Shown here: piece by piece, positions 12,682-25,233 of the stretch
Numbering within the stretch: position 1 is the first letter of the stretch
Layout: every line of letters begins with the position of its first letter
Source: Octopus sinensis
Taxonomy: Eukaryota
Length of the DNA stretch: 64,000 nucleotides
Reading direction: 5' to 3'
Assembly (NCBI RefSeq): GCF_006345805.1
Contig: NC_043000.1
Span: 70,246,001 to 70,310,000 of the forward strand
The notes under the pieces: generated by a model
What the model was told of the DNA's origin: nothing
Seen by the model: the letters and a program-made list of their open reading frames with translations, nothing else
Database searches by the model: none
Program-made: the position numbers and the translations under genes

Positions 12682-15600
12682 CCTTTCTCTCACTTTCCAG
12701 CAGTCTCCGACTCTTTGATCTTACTAACTGTTTGCCACATTCAACTAAACCCATTTATTTTTTCACCTGCTACTAGTTCTGCTAAGTCAAAACTGTTTTA
12801 TTCCCAAGATAAAACATTATGATTTTGTCTAACTGAACATTAAGCGTATGAGCCTCATTCAGCTCTTTCGCCCAGCTGAGGAATCCTGAAATTTGGTTTG
12901 CATTGTTCTTTTTTTTTCTATTTCAAATAAAATGCTTTCGCGGTTAGAAACGATAATGTTTGTCTGCAAACAAATTGTTTCTACATCATATTGGCATTTT
13001 ACACATTTTTTTAAACATGACAATCAATAGACGTTAATGAAAATGTGTTTCTATTGATCTTTATGAGTTTAAACTATAACTTATCCATGGCCAATGGATA
13101 TGCTTTTTCTTCTGTTGTTCAGAGCAGGTCGGTACTAAAGCGCATATTGTTAGATTCCAAGTCCAATTTTTATTTATTAATCTTCTTTGTCTACAGCTCA
13201 TGTATAAATATGACTAAAAAATTCTCCGTGATGAAAACGTACAATAAAGATTAGTTTCGTGTTTAAATAAAAAAACATCCATTTTTGTTTGCTTCAGTAA
13301 AGAATCTAAAATGCAATTTAAACAATCTTGTCAAGCACAAAATTTCTCCGATGACTTCAACCCACCCATTTCATGCGTCCATCACAACCAAACGGCACAT
13401 TCTAAACAAATATTTCTCTTCGGAGATCTATCTTATGCCATGAAAACACACTTGAATGCAGTCTGCACCCAGGAAGTTGAGCCTTACTACCTCTGCAAAT
13501 TACTAACCACCTTCACCTCCAACATAACAAAGGTGAGGAAAACTATCATTAAAAAGATCACCTTGTTTTTTATCCCTCATAGAATCAGAACTACTGGAGA
13601 TGCGCTATTATACCACTCACTTGTTGTTTATTACCTTTTCACATACCGGCAAAATCATTGATTTTTTGCTCTTAAATCAGTATAGACTACAGTTATGATG
13701 CAGCATATGTGTGAACGCCATCCGTCTCTCATTTTTATTTAAATATGCCATCCACACCCTATCATCTTCGGCGTATCCTAAGATTCGACTTCACTTTCTA
13801 CACTTCTTTCGTACATTAAATCTTGTAGTCAATTTTAACAAAACATCTATGTACATATATTCTTTCAGTTCTTAACCTTCTACAGACAGAAGTGAGTGAC
13901 ATGCAATCTGGATACTCAAATCAGCTTTCATTGCTACTGAAAGTAAAGACCTCAACCAAAAAAAATTCAGTGACACAAAGACACAGTCATTATACAAATC
14001 GAGAAGACACTTATAACGCTACCATATCGTTGCGTTGACAATATTAAATTAAACCTTCAAATTATTTACGAATTGTATTTATAAGCATTCAGCTGGGGAT
14101 ATAATTGAGTCTACTGGCAATGTTTAATTATGTGTAACACTATTACTGTGAACAGTTAACTTAAACATACATTTTTTCGAGTGATTTACTAACATAATAG
14201 GGCAATAGTGAAGCACCCTATTGCCCTATTGGAGAATCCTCTACTCTCATTCTAACCTACGAAGAAAGTATAATACATTTGATTTGCTATTGATGTTCTT
14301 TAGCATCAAGTCATTCTTAACTGAGCAGACCTATGAACAAAGCCTTTCCGTATTTAGATAGATTTAGGACAGCGTTGTCTAATGTATCCTTTCATTTTTA
14401 AGATGATAGAGTGTGAATTAGATGAGATTCACACGCTACCATCTTTTCAAACAGGTTAAGTGATCTCATAGGGAGTCGATCATTAGTTTAGCATTTACTT
14501 AGATTAAGAGCGCTCCAATATATCTTTACATATCCTTTCTTTATGATGAACCGTCATCAAAATTAAAATAGTTCTGTAAATTTTTAATAAAAGTTACTCC
14601 AAACTAATAGATAAACTGCTTTCTTTATTATTTGTGGAGTTTTGTGTATAGTATGTGCAAACATCTTACAGAACACTGAAAAATTTGCATGAAGCTTTGA
14701 TTTTTCGGGGAGAAATTACTCTTTTACGTGAAAATACGTTCAGACAAACACGAAGAATTATTAACTGAAATGATGCATCCTTGAAATTCTTGAATTTAAA
14801 AAAACTAGAAAGACATATCCAAGTTTTATCATTGATAAATACTTGAAGACTTATAAATACACAACTGTAGTCAATGAGACTAATATTATTTTGGGAACAA
14901 TCAAAATTCATTGTTAAGGAAGATCAATAAATATAGCTTTTTCAATAATTTTCATGTGTAAAGTAGTACTACACATAAATATAGTATTATCATTTCGGGT
15001 ACTGCTCTTAACAACGTTATGATATAATTGTAGGAAACGTGCCTAATTAACTAAATTGGTTGTAATATTAAGAGCTCCTTCATTTAAAAATTCAATACGA
15101 ATGATTTTATTTCACTGATTCACAAAGGAGAGAGAAGAAAAATATTTACCAATATATAATAATAATTCGAAAGGTGACCCTCAAAAAGGATATTTTAATT
15201 TCCGCCCGTCACCAGAAAGAGGCCATTCATACAAATTATTTAAGCGCTGCAAAAAGTTAACAGGAGTTAACATGATAACCTCTTTTTTCTAACAGAGACA
15301 CTAGAAACGGGAATCAATTTCAAAGGGAATTTTCGAGTTGAGTACATAAGGGACTTGATGAATATTTTATGAACCTTAAATTGGATAGAGCCATTGATAT
15401 ACGGAAAAAGAACAACAATATCGCAAGCCAGAGATTAATCTTTTTCTACGTAAAGAAAATGTTTTGTAATTTTCAAGTTGGTTATAGTTAGCATATTTCT
15501 GTTTCTTCTCAGATAAATTATATTCTAGTAAATAACCAATAAATATGAATATAACACGTTTGTAATTTACCAATTAGTCTCGATAATTTTGAAAACCGGG

Positions 15601-17189
15601 AATACATGTAATTAACATATATATAACAATTTATTAAGTTTACGTCTAAAATATATATATATCTTATTTATTGAAAGATTAGATATCAATTTTGTTTTTA
15701 ATATTGAGAAACATAATAAGAGAAATCCTTTAACAAATTTCGTTTAAAATTGTAATTAGATTTTATGATTAGATTAAATTTTTCTATGCATATGCTTCGT
15801 ATTTAATAGTTTTTCATCAAAACGATTTACAAATTATTTCTCCCGAAAATAATTACCAAGATATATTTAATGATCTCTCAAAGCTCATTGATTTAAAAAT
15901 AAATATTTTATAATGAAAAATGTTTGTTGTAACAAACTTTTTCAAAAGAATATTGCATTCCAAAGTAAAATAAAATGTTTTATAAGTCATTGATTTAAGT
16001 ACGCACTTTAGCTGCCTAACCAGCTTTGCATATGTTTTTTGTTTTATTTGTTTGGGGAAAACCTTAATTATAGTCCAATAGAAAATTATATATTGTCCTT
16101 TTTAATGGTTATCAATGCTCAACATGCAAGTAAAGCATTTCCCAGTTCTCCATCATTTTCTCCAAAATTACAACCACGCACGTGATATATTTTCTCTAAA
16201 TTATTTCCTATCTTCATGGTATTTAAATACTAAATCCTATTTTTCTCACCAGAACAAGGACGAAAATGTTATCTCATTACTTCTCTTATTTCCCTCCAAA
16301 GATACCCATTCATCTGGTATTGCTTCATGTATTACCATTAAATATTGTTCCTTGTCAGGTATAAAATATTCAGTTACTCGCATTTCAAAATCATATTTCC
16401 CTGAAATGAAATTTTAGAAATCTTGCCTGACCTTTCTCCTAATATAAGAACTGATAAGCGATTACTCTTTCATGTAGCGTTTTCAAGCTTTAAAAACCTT
16501 TTATCAAATGCTTTATGCTTGCTTATAGAATAAATTTGGGGCATCGAGACTCTTAGAAAGATTGATTTACAAGATGAGATAATGATCTCCAATCCATTAT
16601 AAATTTAATTTTAAAATGAAATTAATAACAACTTGCTACATGTAACAAAAGAACTATTAAAACGTTGGATACGAATAGAACACAAAAGCTTTGAAAACCA
16701 AATATATCAATATTACAAAAATTTTAATTCACAAAATTTCTTCTAAGCATTCAAAACTTTGCTCCAATATACCTAAAGTTCCCTGACAACAGCTATAAGC
16801 AAAATTGATTTTTGTCTTAATTATATATAACTATATTTCCTTAATAATATATAACTGTCTCCTAAATTATTTACTCTTAATTATATATAACTCTTCTCTA
16901 AAAAATTACCTCCTACTTCATTGACAACAATATACCTTTAATTTTTGATAGCCAGACTTCACACTCACTTCAAATAAATTATCATAAAAGACATTTTAAT
17001 AAAATAAACAGCATCAGGGCTCAAATGCATCACATATCAACAAATAGTTTTGCACTCCAGACTCGATACTCTTGAACATTTTAAACTCCCTTAAGCACTC
17101 ACTCTTAAATATGAACAGTGAATAATTGGAACCCTCAAAATCGATACCAATGCTAGGCTCCCATCGAAAGTGAGATGGTCTCCTGGTGA

Positions 17190-17520
17190 ACGCACATCCT
17201 TAATATAACCAAAAGTGCGTTGCAAAAATTTGCCTTCTTCTGAGTCAGAAAATACTTCACCACAAACCTAATGACTGCTAACCCCCTACAAACCTAGATA
17301 AAACCCACAAAGGATATTGCCCCCATGTAAGAGATGGTACTGCGGCAACACTTTCAGTTATCACAGACCGCAGCTGGAGAAAAGCTACTCCTTTGATAGG
17401 CATGAAGTTATTCATCTATATGCAACAACTTCTTGGATGCTGTCTCACCCATCTGCTTTTCAACCGCTATTATAGTGGCTTCAGCTCTTCGATGTCAGCA
17501 GGTCACGTGCTTCCTCCAAA
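17190..17520 (+). mobile_element. Degenerate LINE RT C-terminal remnant (Jockey/I/CR1-like)
   Basis: Peptides KSALQKFAFF.VRKYFT and SPICFFNRYYSG (after a frameshift) resemble the thumb region of APE-type LINEs. Confidence 0.45.
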
Positions 17521-18589
17521 GTCACTACACGTATATCTATCTTCCTCCCCCCTATGTTTAAAACGGTAAATGAATGTGTATTATTGGAAAACAAGGTTCT
17601 AAAAAGAAAAGCTTTGGTGAAATAAAGAATTACAATTAAGGAATTGTAATTCTTAGATTTCCACAAAGAATTATAAACATTTAAGAATTACAAACATAAC
17701 ATGTTGTTCTAAAGAAAGATACTGCTTAGAATTATGAGCAGTAATTTGATGCACAATCCATTTCTTATGTAGTAATTCTGATTGGTTTCAAAAACTAATG
17801 CTTTCTGAAATTCGGTATTAGAATTCTATGTTTCTTGCCCTTTTCATATGAGAAAGACAATATTAAGCAGCGACCGATATTATTGATTGTGAAATATCGA
17901 TTGATAAATGATAATAAACCAATATTGAAATACGTTAGTTCCATGAAATTAGATTGACATTTAAAGGATTAAGAGACTAATTAGTGTCCCACAACATACT
18001 TAAATAATCGGTGAACTGAAAAGAAAGAGCAGTTGTACATATATGTGCATTTACTTTTTCATACATAATATCACAGACGCTCATATGGCACACATCATAT
18101 TTTGTTAAATTCAGAAATTACTAGAAATATTTCATAAGTATGTGGTTTATACATGGAAGTATAAATGTGTATTCGTGTGTGGAGCATTTGCACATTTAAG
18201 CACGCATATCTATATTAATATACATAAGTCTATGTTACTATATTTCATGCTCACCAGATAATCCCTTTGTATAGGACTAACGTGATTTTTCTTGTTTCTG
18301 CATCAAGTAACTTATGCACTCTTACGGGCAACTCACTAATTGTATAATTTACAGAATATCTGTAGCTGAAGGATTTATAGAATACCGTGAACATTATTTA
18401 TTGAAGTAAAAATAGTGCAGGAATATATATCACTTGCCAATACCGTTTATTTTGGCAATGATTTTAGAGAGATTCTTAGAGTAAATATGGGGCGCTTTTC
18501 CAAATATGATACCTGTTCTTCTAAATTAGATATATACGTGTAAGCACACATCTACATATATGTAGACGGAATTTGTATCAAACACAGCT

Positions 18590-19640
18590 ATGATGGCGGC
18601 GTCTTTAACACTTGCCGCCTGAAAGCCATATCAAAAACCATCTCAACCACGGTGTACGAGATGGAGTATGAAGACGATTCAGCTGCACCATCTCATACCT
18701 CTGCCTCAACACATGACGAACTCAGTGAACATTGCCTATTCTCGGCTCGGTTTTCAAGTGAATCATTGCAAATTTGAAGTTCTCCAATCCGCCTTCCAAT
18801 ACCTCCCCTTCAGTCCGTCCTTATTGATGATGTTCCTCTACTGCAGGTGGACTCATTCTGATAACTTGGAAGCACGATCTCTAACACTGGACTTTTTAAT
18901 GACAGGATACTTCGTCAGGTTAACTTGGCCTGTACACCTTTCAGGAGACTCAGTGAATGAGTCTTTCTGAACAAGAACCTTAAAGCAAGTACAAAAATCT
19001 CTGTATACCGAGTTGTCTGTGTATCAACCCTTCTGTACGAGTCTAAGTGCTGAACCCTTTATCGGTGCCAAATTAAGAAAATAGAAGCGTTCCATATCAG
19101 ACCGTTCCAAAGTATCCGCGGCCTCAGGTGAAAGGACAAAGTACCTCATACTGAATTCTTCTTAAGGGCTGACATCTACAGCGTTGAGGCCTGCATCCTT
19201 TGCTGTTTTGGCCATGTGGTTCGGAGGATGGGGAACTATGCTCCTCTTCAGCAAAATCAAGACTGGAGACAGGCTACATGAACGTCCAAAACTTCGTTTT
19301 TATGATCATCTCAAGTGATCTCTCATTGTATGCGATGTCCCTCTCAATCGGTATGAGTCTCTGGTTGCTGCTCTGAAGGCATTGAGGTCCTGTGTAATGC
19401 TAGAGTAGAGTGCTTTATATCCGTACGCTAGAGACTGCATAAAGAGAAAAGGAGACATCGTCATCAATCTCCTGCAGCTCATGTTCGGGGTCACTTTCAG
19501 TGCCGTCAGTGCCACATGATCTACCTAAGTTGTATCGGTCTTGTCAGGCACGTCTGCTCCCAAGAGAAACAATGAACTGGAGACAGAGGAGGATGAGTGT
19601 CTTGGATCGATCCTGTCATCGACTTTGTTGGCCATCATAA
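18590..19640 (+). mobile_element. RTE-clade LINE 3' fragment (decayed)
   Basis: DGGVFNTCRLKA...EMEYEDDSA (YADD equivalent), FQYL, TKISVYRVVCVSTLLYE, KIEAFH, and a terminal IGLVRH zinc-finger-like remnant. Confidence 0.8.
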
Positions 19641-20039
19641 GCAACTATACATACATACATATATATATATATATTATATATATATATATCTATATATATA
19701 TATATAATATATATATATATATGGTAGAAATCACCTCATGACCCAGTAAGAGCATTTCCTAAACTTAGAGTCCAAAATCTTCCTGTGCATGAATTTTGTT
19801 CTTGAGTGGATAATGTGTTACAGACCACTGAACCGGCATAACACCAGCGGAACATCGGAGGTTCAGATGACCAGAAAACAAACTTCTCTGCAGGTCTTTA
19901 CACGAGTTCACTTTCTCCTAAAAAGAAGTTCTAATGAGAACTAGGAGTCCTTCACTCCCTGTTGTCTGCAGTCTCTCGTTCCTAGATGTTGGATTTTGGG
20001 TGACTTTTAAAGGATTAAGAGACTTGTTGACATATACAC

Positions 20040-20321
20040 TGGCGGCGATCTTGTCCAGAATCTGGCGAGTCGTGCCTATCCTACTGAAGAGGCTCCGGTG
20101 TTAAAGCCGAAACTGTCTGACAGTATAGAGATATCTCGACAATCGCTTACAGCCGTTTACTGTCGCTGTCAGTATGTATGTATACAATTATGTATGTTGA
20201 CAGTAGCATCAGAGTACTTTAGCTCATATTTCTAGCATCATAGGTGTTCTAGTACACTCACTCACATTTAATGACAATTATAGTTTTCCTTTTTGGTAAT
20301 ACAGTGCTAAACTGCTGCCTA
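20040..20321 (+). mobile_element. Non-autonomous HHR-bearing repeat (same family as 37063-37503 and 38796-39235)
   Basis: Diverged reverse-complement match to 37063-37330 (TAGGCAGCAGTTTAGCA ... GCCTCTTCAGTA ... CTCGCCAGATTC). Confidence 0.8.
20077..20133 (+). ncRNA. Type I hammerhead ribozyme (GUA triplet)
   Basis: TATCCTA-CTGAAGA-GGCT...AGCC-GAAA-CTGTC-T-GACAG-TA-TAGAGATA; all core nucleotides are canonical; stem I is 7 bp with one bulge; stem III is a near-perfect palindrome. Confidence 0.8.
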
Positions 20322-20437
20322 CTTTAATTATATATGTATGTATACATACGTTATTATATATATGGCATAAAAATATAGAAAAACTCATAGAATTCCAGGA
20401 AATTTTAAACGGACTGGACGTAAACATCCAATTCACG

Positions 20438-21409
20438 ATGGAATATAGCCAGCAAGAACTCCCCTTCCTCGATATCCTCATTAAGAAAGCTAATAATGTA
20501 ATAGAAACAGACATATATTATAAGCCTACAGATTCTAAGCAATATCTTCCATTCAATTCATGCCGCCCAAGACACACCAGGATGAATATCCCCTTCAATC
20601 TAGCAAAAAGGATATGCACTATAGTCTCTAATGCAAACACCAGAGACACACGACTACAAGAACTAAAAGATACCCTTATCACCAGGAACTATCCACCTTC
20701 ACTTATTGACAAGTGCATTCAACGTGCCCTTCAACTTAACATCAAGGAACTGAGACATCCCAAATCAAAGAAAAACTTACGACCAAAAGCCTTACCATAC
20801 ATCTCCACACAGAACCCTCTCAATAACGAAGCCTTCGGCACCATCCTCCACAACATACCCCTCCTAAAAAAAGACCACAGAATGAACACAATTCTCCAAA
20901 CACACACGATCATAAAAAGCAAGAGGCAGCCTAAATCCATGAAAAGTCTCCTAACACAAGCCCGAATTCACTCTTCAACACAGAAGCCGACAGTAAAAAA
21001 ATGTGGAAGACCCAATTGCGGGATATGCGATTATCTAATTGAGGGATCAGAGTTCTCCTTCAAACAGGGACAACGGTTTACAGTGAAAAGCAACTTCACA
21101 TGTGCTTCGGAGAACCTAATATACTCACTAACCTGCTCCGGGTGTCAAGAGCAGTACATAGGCCAAACAAAAAATAGTTTGCGTAAACGAATGGCCCTGC
21201 ACAGATCCCAGATAAAAATTCCCCAAAACAGAAAAATAGCTTTCAGCCAACACATAGATACTTGCGCCAACAACAAAACACCAGGCTTCAGGATTTTTCC
21301 CCTCTACCAATTTAGGGACGATACAACCTCGAGACAACGAATAAGTAAAGAAACTCTCTTTATTACAAAATACAGGCCACTTCTTAACGGGTCTACGACA
21401 AACGATTAA
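20438..21409 (+). CDS. PLE RT thumb, Cys-rich linker and GIY-YIG endonuclease (partial, uninterrupted 323 aa)
   Basis: LPFLDILI, DIYYKPTDSKQYL, CGRPNCGIC, NLIYSLTCSGCQEQYIGQT, R...H, E, and P.LN motifs; RT catalytic core absent. Confidence 0.9.
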   Translation: MEYSQQELPFLDILIKKANNVIETDIYYKPTDSKQYLPFNSCRPRHTRMNIPFNLAKRICTIVSNANTRDTRLQELKDTLITRNYPPSLIDKCIQRALQLNIKELRHPKSKKNLRPKALPYISTQNPLNNEAFGTILHNIPLLKKDHRMNTILQTHTIIKSKRQPKSMKSLLTQARIHSSTQKPTVKKCGRPNCGICDYLIEGSEFSFKQGQRFTVKSNFTCASENLIYSLTCSGCQEQYIGQTKNSLRKRMALHRSQIKIPQNRKIAFSQHIDTCANNKTPGFRIFPLYQFRDDTTSRQRISKETLFITKYRPLLNGSTTND

Positions 21410-21709
21410 TACACCTCATCTTTAGAATAAAAGAAATATACACACACAAATATTACATTCCAAAGAATCTATTACAAATCAGCCCCAATCACAGCTATAA
21501 TCCATAACATGCCAACTTCAAGTCATACAACACCTCACTACTTTCACCCATTCGTATTCTCCCTTCTCTGTTTTCTTCTTCTTCTTCCTCTTCTTCTTCA
21601 TCATCATCATTATCATCATCATCGTCGTCATCTTCTTCTTCTTCATCATCATCATCTTCTTCTTCTCCTTCTCCTTCTTCTTCTTCTTCATCATCATCAT
21701 CATCATCAA

Positions 21710-22156
21710 CATCGTCATCTTCTTCTTCTTCTTCTTCTTTTTCTTCTTCTTCTTCTTCTTCTTCTCCACCTTCTACCTCTTAACTTTATCACTAATGCTC
21801 TCTAGTATAACGCCTACGCAAATTCCATAAACCAACCTTTCAATAGAAATATTCTCCTGAATCGAACTGCAACTGACCATTCAAAATACGACAATCAAGG
21901 CACTCCCAAATTTCTCCACCCCTTCTCATCATCGTCATCTTCTTCTTCTTCTTCTTCTTCTTTTTCTTCTTCTTCTTCTTCTTCTTCTTCTCCACCTTCT
22001 ACCTCTTAACTTTATCACTAATGCTCTCTAGTATAACGCCTACGCAAATTCCATAAACCAACCTTTCAATAGAAATATTCTCCTGAATCGAACTGCAACT
22101 GACCATTCAAAATACGACAATCAAGGCACTCCCAAATTTCTCCACCCCTTCTCATC
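21710..22156 (+). repeat. Tandem direct duplication (about 220-226 bp) in the PLE-1 3' UTR
   Basis: The unique block CCACCTTCTACCTC...CCACCCCTTCTCATC appears twice; the copies differ in (TTC)n length. Confidence 0.95.
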
Positions 22157-22324
22157 ATCCCTCTTCTCCTTCTACCCTACCAAGAATTCACAACGACCTC
22201 GAACACACAAGTGCAAACAAGGGAGTCAGAGAAAGGCAGAATGCCACTAAAATTTGAAAACTATACAAATATTCCTTTAAAAAAACTTTTCTTCTAATTT
22301 TTCTAAATTTAATTATTTAATCGT

Positions 22325-22366
22325 TACAGTTGAAAAGGTCTCAAAATGACCGAAACCGGTACTGAA
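22325..22366 (+). ncRNA. Degenerate hammerhead motif in the PLE-1 terminal repeat
   Basis: CAG-TTGAAAA-GGTC-loop-GACC-GAAA-CCGG-TA-CTG; stems intact; the core has two transitions relative to CTGAAGA. Confidence 0.6.
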
Positions 22367-22412
22367 ATGTTCTTTATAAAATTATTTTAGCATTTTCTAT
22401 TTTGACTTGTTT

Positions 22413-22459
<47 letters not shown>

Positions 22460-22467
22460 ATTAAGTA

Positions 22468-22831
22468 GGGTATATAATACCACTTGCTAAAGTCAGAGCC
22501 ATTGCTCCAAAAGCGACCATAAAATTACCCGTTAGCCTATGTCTTATACCTCAGCCTTGATATTAGGTCGTCAAGTATGAAATTTGTAGTAAGGTATACG
22601 GTAATGTATTTTAGAAATATATGTTAAAGGTTGTTTTCAACAGAAGATTGCAAAGCATGCTTGTCATGCAAAGCGTGAAATGAATTGGTATTGAAATATG
22701 CATTACTTACTGATGTATTCAAAGCAAAGGTAAGTCTATTTCTGATATGTTCATTGAATTGCTCTTATCGTAATTTTTATGGAGGTTTTTGGAGCAATGG
22801 CTCTGATTTTAGTAATTGGTACTATATACCC
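22468..22831. mobile_element. MITE with about 60-bp imperfect TIRs and TA flanks
   Basis: GGGTATATAATACC...AGAGCCATTGCTCCAAAA versus TTTTGGAGCAATGGCTCT...GGTACTATATACCC; TA on both sides. Confidence 0.8.
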
Positions 22832-22924
22832 TATTAATCTTAAATTACTTTATATTGTGCCGATAAAGGTTTGAACTTGCTAGCCACCTTATTATTGCTA
22901 TAAATAACGGTAATAATACTACTT

Positions 22925-22992
<68 letters not shown>

Positions 22993-23235
22993 CATGAATA
23001 CATACATACATACATACACACATACATACATACATACATACATACATACATACATACATACACTTACATACATGAATGCATGCGTAAAAGCAAATTAACT
23101 TTTTTCATGTAATTATAATTAGTGCATAGAAATACGCTATTTCTGATATTTTTAGTTGTGAGAATGATCAGGACAATCGTAATAGAAGCCCCAACAGTAA
23201 CCCGTTAGCCTATGTCGTATACCTCGGCCTTGATG

Positions 23236-23806
23236 TAAGGTCGTCAAGTATGAAATTTGTAGCAAGGTATATGGTAAACTTTGACAGCTGCTCATTTAGA
23301 GATGGATAAGTCGGAAATTCGTACAGTTTTGAAAGTTAATGGAGTATTTCATTCTAATGTTATTACACAGCAGACAGTACGAATTGGTTTGCAAAATTTC
23401 GTTCCGGTAACTTTGACCTCAAAATGAGCAACGCGGTCGACCAGAAACAAAGGTGAATAATGACGAACTGAAAGCCACCGTCGAGTCAGATCCATCTTAG
23501 AGTGCCCGTGAACTATCGTTGTTGTTTGGTGTTAGCAAGCAAACAGTATTGACTCGCCTAGTTCAAATCGGTAAAGTGAAAAAGTTGGATAAGTGGGTTC
23601 TACATGAACTCAATGAAAATCAGAAACAGCAACATTTGGAACCCTGCATTATGCTACTTTCTCGTCACAAAAATCTATCATTTTTGAGTCAAATTGTAAC
23701 ATGTGATGAAGAATGGATCCAATACCACAACCGTAAACGTTCAGAACAATGGTTAGACAAAGACGAGCCACAGTCCAAAAAGCAAAATTTATCAAAAGAA
23801 GCTGAT

Positions 23807-23859
<53 letters not shown>

Positions 23860-24367
23860 TGCTCTGGCGCAAGTGTAATCCATTATGATTTCATTAAACC
23901 TGGCTCATTAATCATGGCCGAAATATACTGCAGCCAACTAGACGAAATGATGCAGAAACTTACAAAAAAAGCAGCCTCGATTAGTCAACAGAGTCACTCT
24001 ATTTTATTGAAAGACAACGCCAGACAACGCATCGCAAAAACGACATTGGCAAAACTACATGAGTTGTAAGTTCTCTATCAACCATCATACTCACCTCATC
24101 TTGTCCTCACTGACTACGACTTCTTCCAGAATTTGGATAATTTTTTTGATAGGAAAAATTTAATTCCGACAATGCTGTAAAACAGACCTTCTAAGATTTT
24201 ATTGACTCTAGATTGCCAGGCTTTTACAGTTCCGGGCTGGACAAGCTACCGCTGAAATAACAAATAACAACATGGATGCATAGTTTGATGAATAAAACTA
24301 TTCCTTGTATTTATAAAACATTAGGAAGTTATTTTCTTTTCTACAAATTTCATACTTGATGACCTAA
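23236..24367 (+). mobile_element. Mariner element, both TIRs, decayed transposase with internal (GT)n
   Basis: TIRs T(A/T)AGGTCGTCAAGTATGAAATTTGTAG and CTACAAATTTCATACTTGATGACCTAA+TA; peptides KLDKWVLHEL, IVTCDEEWI, LLKDNARQ. Confidence 0.9.
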
Positions 24368-25129
24368 TACCCTTCTATCACTTCTATATCTTGATAGAAT
24401 ATCTGTCAATGTTACGAAAATCTTAAAATTCTCTGGAAATAACAGTGACTATGGAGAAATGCTCATATTTCACTCAAACTTTAAAACTTATTTTCTCCAA
24501 TTCGCCATAGTTCTTTCTTTTGTGGTTGCCTAGAAAGTTCTTGACTAATGAAACATAATTGTATCACTCCATAGCCTTATTGTTATTCAAGAATTTTGTA
24601 TAACTAGAATTTCTAAAGAGTTTGCCAGTTTAAAATATCAAAAACTCCCTCTTTTAGTGTTCGATGCTCAGTGCTCTTTTTCGAGTCCTTAATAAATTTC
24701 ATCATCAATCAAGCGTGGAATAATGATTTCAACTAGTAAATCATCCATTATGTTTTCTGCATCTTCAGTAATATTTTTCCTTGAAGTCCGTATTACTTTT
24801 CTTTAATGATTTTATTTTCTACTATTTCATCAACAGCTGAAACAAGGATAATTTGTGAATCCATTTTGTTGCCCAAAGAAAGAAGTTCACCTTTTTAGAT
24901 TAACACATATAAACTACAGATACTCATGACAGTAAATCATCTGTAAGGCCAATTTTAATATTTTCATACACTTCTTGAAAATTTATTGGGAGGCCAACTG
25001 GAAGATATGAATAGTGGCTTTCATTTTGAAGCTACTAACAAAGGGTTGTCTATTAAAAAAGTCGTCAGTCTATTATTTGGGTTCGGTAAACTATTATTTT
25101 AGCTTCTAGTTTTAGATAGTTCTCTTCTT

Positions 25130-25233
25130 TTAGCATGGATGCTAAATGTTAAGATGCCTGACATTTAGCATGGATTCTAAATGTTAAGATACTTGACATT
25201 TAGCATGGATGCTAAATGTTAAGACGCTTGACA
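25130..25233. repeat. 35-bp minisatellite x3 with internal palindrome
   Basis: TTAGCATGGATGCTAAATGTTAAGATGCCTGACAT repeated at 25130, 25165 and 25200. Confidence 0.9.

Larger units (their letters stand above)
20370..22400 (+). mobile_element. 5'-truncated Penelope-like retroelement (PLE-1) with 3' terminal repeat
   Basis: ORF 20438-21409, a microsatellite-rich 3' UTR, and a degenerate HHR at 22325-22366. Confidence 0.9.

Noticed and set aside
14196-14230. 13-bp perfect inverted repeat AATAGGGCAATAG/CTATTGCCCTATT
   Set aside because: Isolated and short; no associated element.
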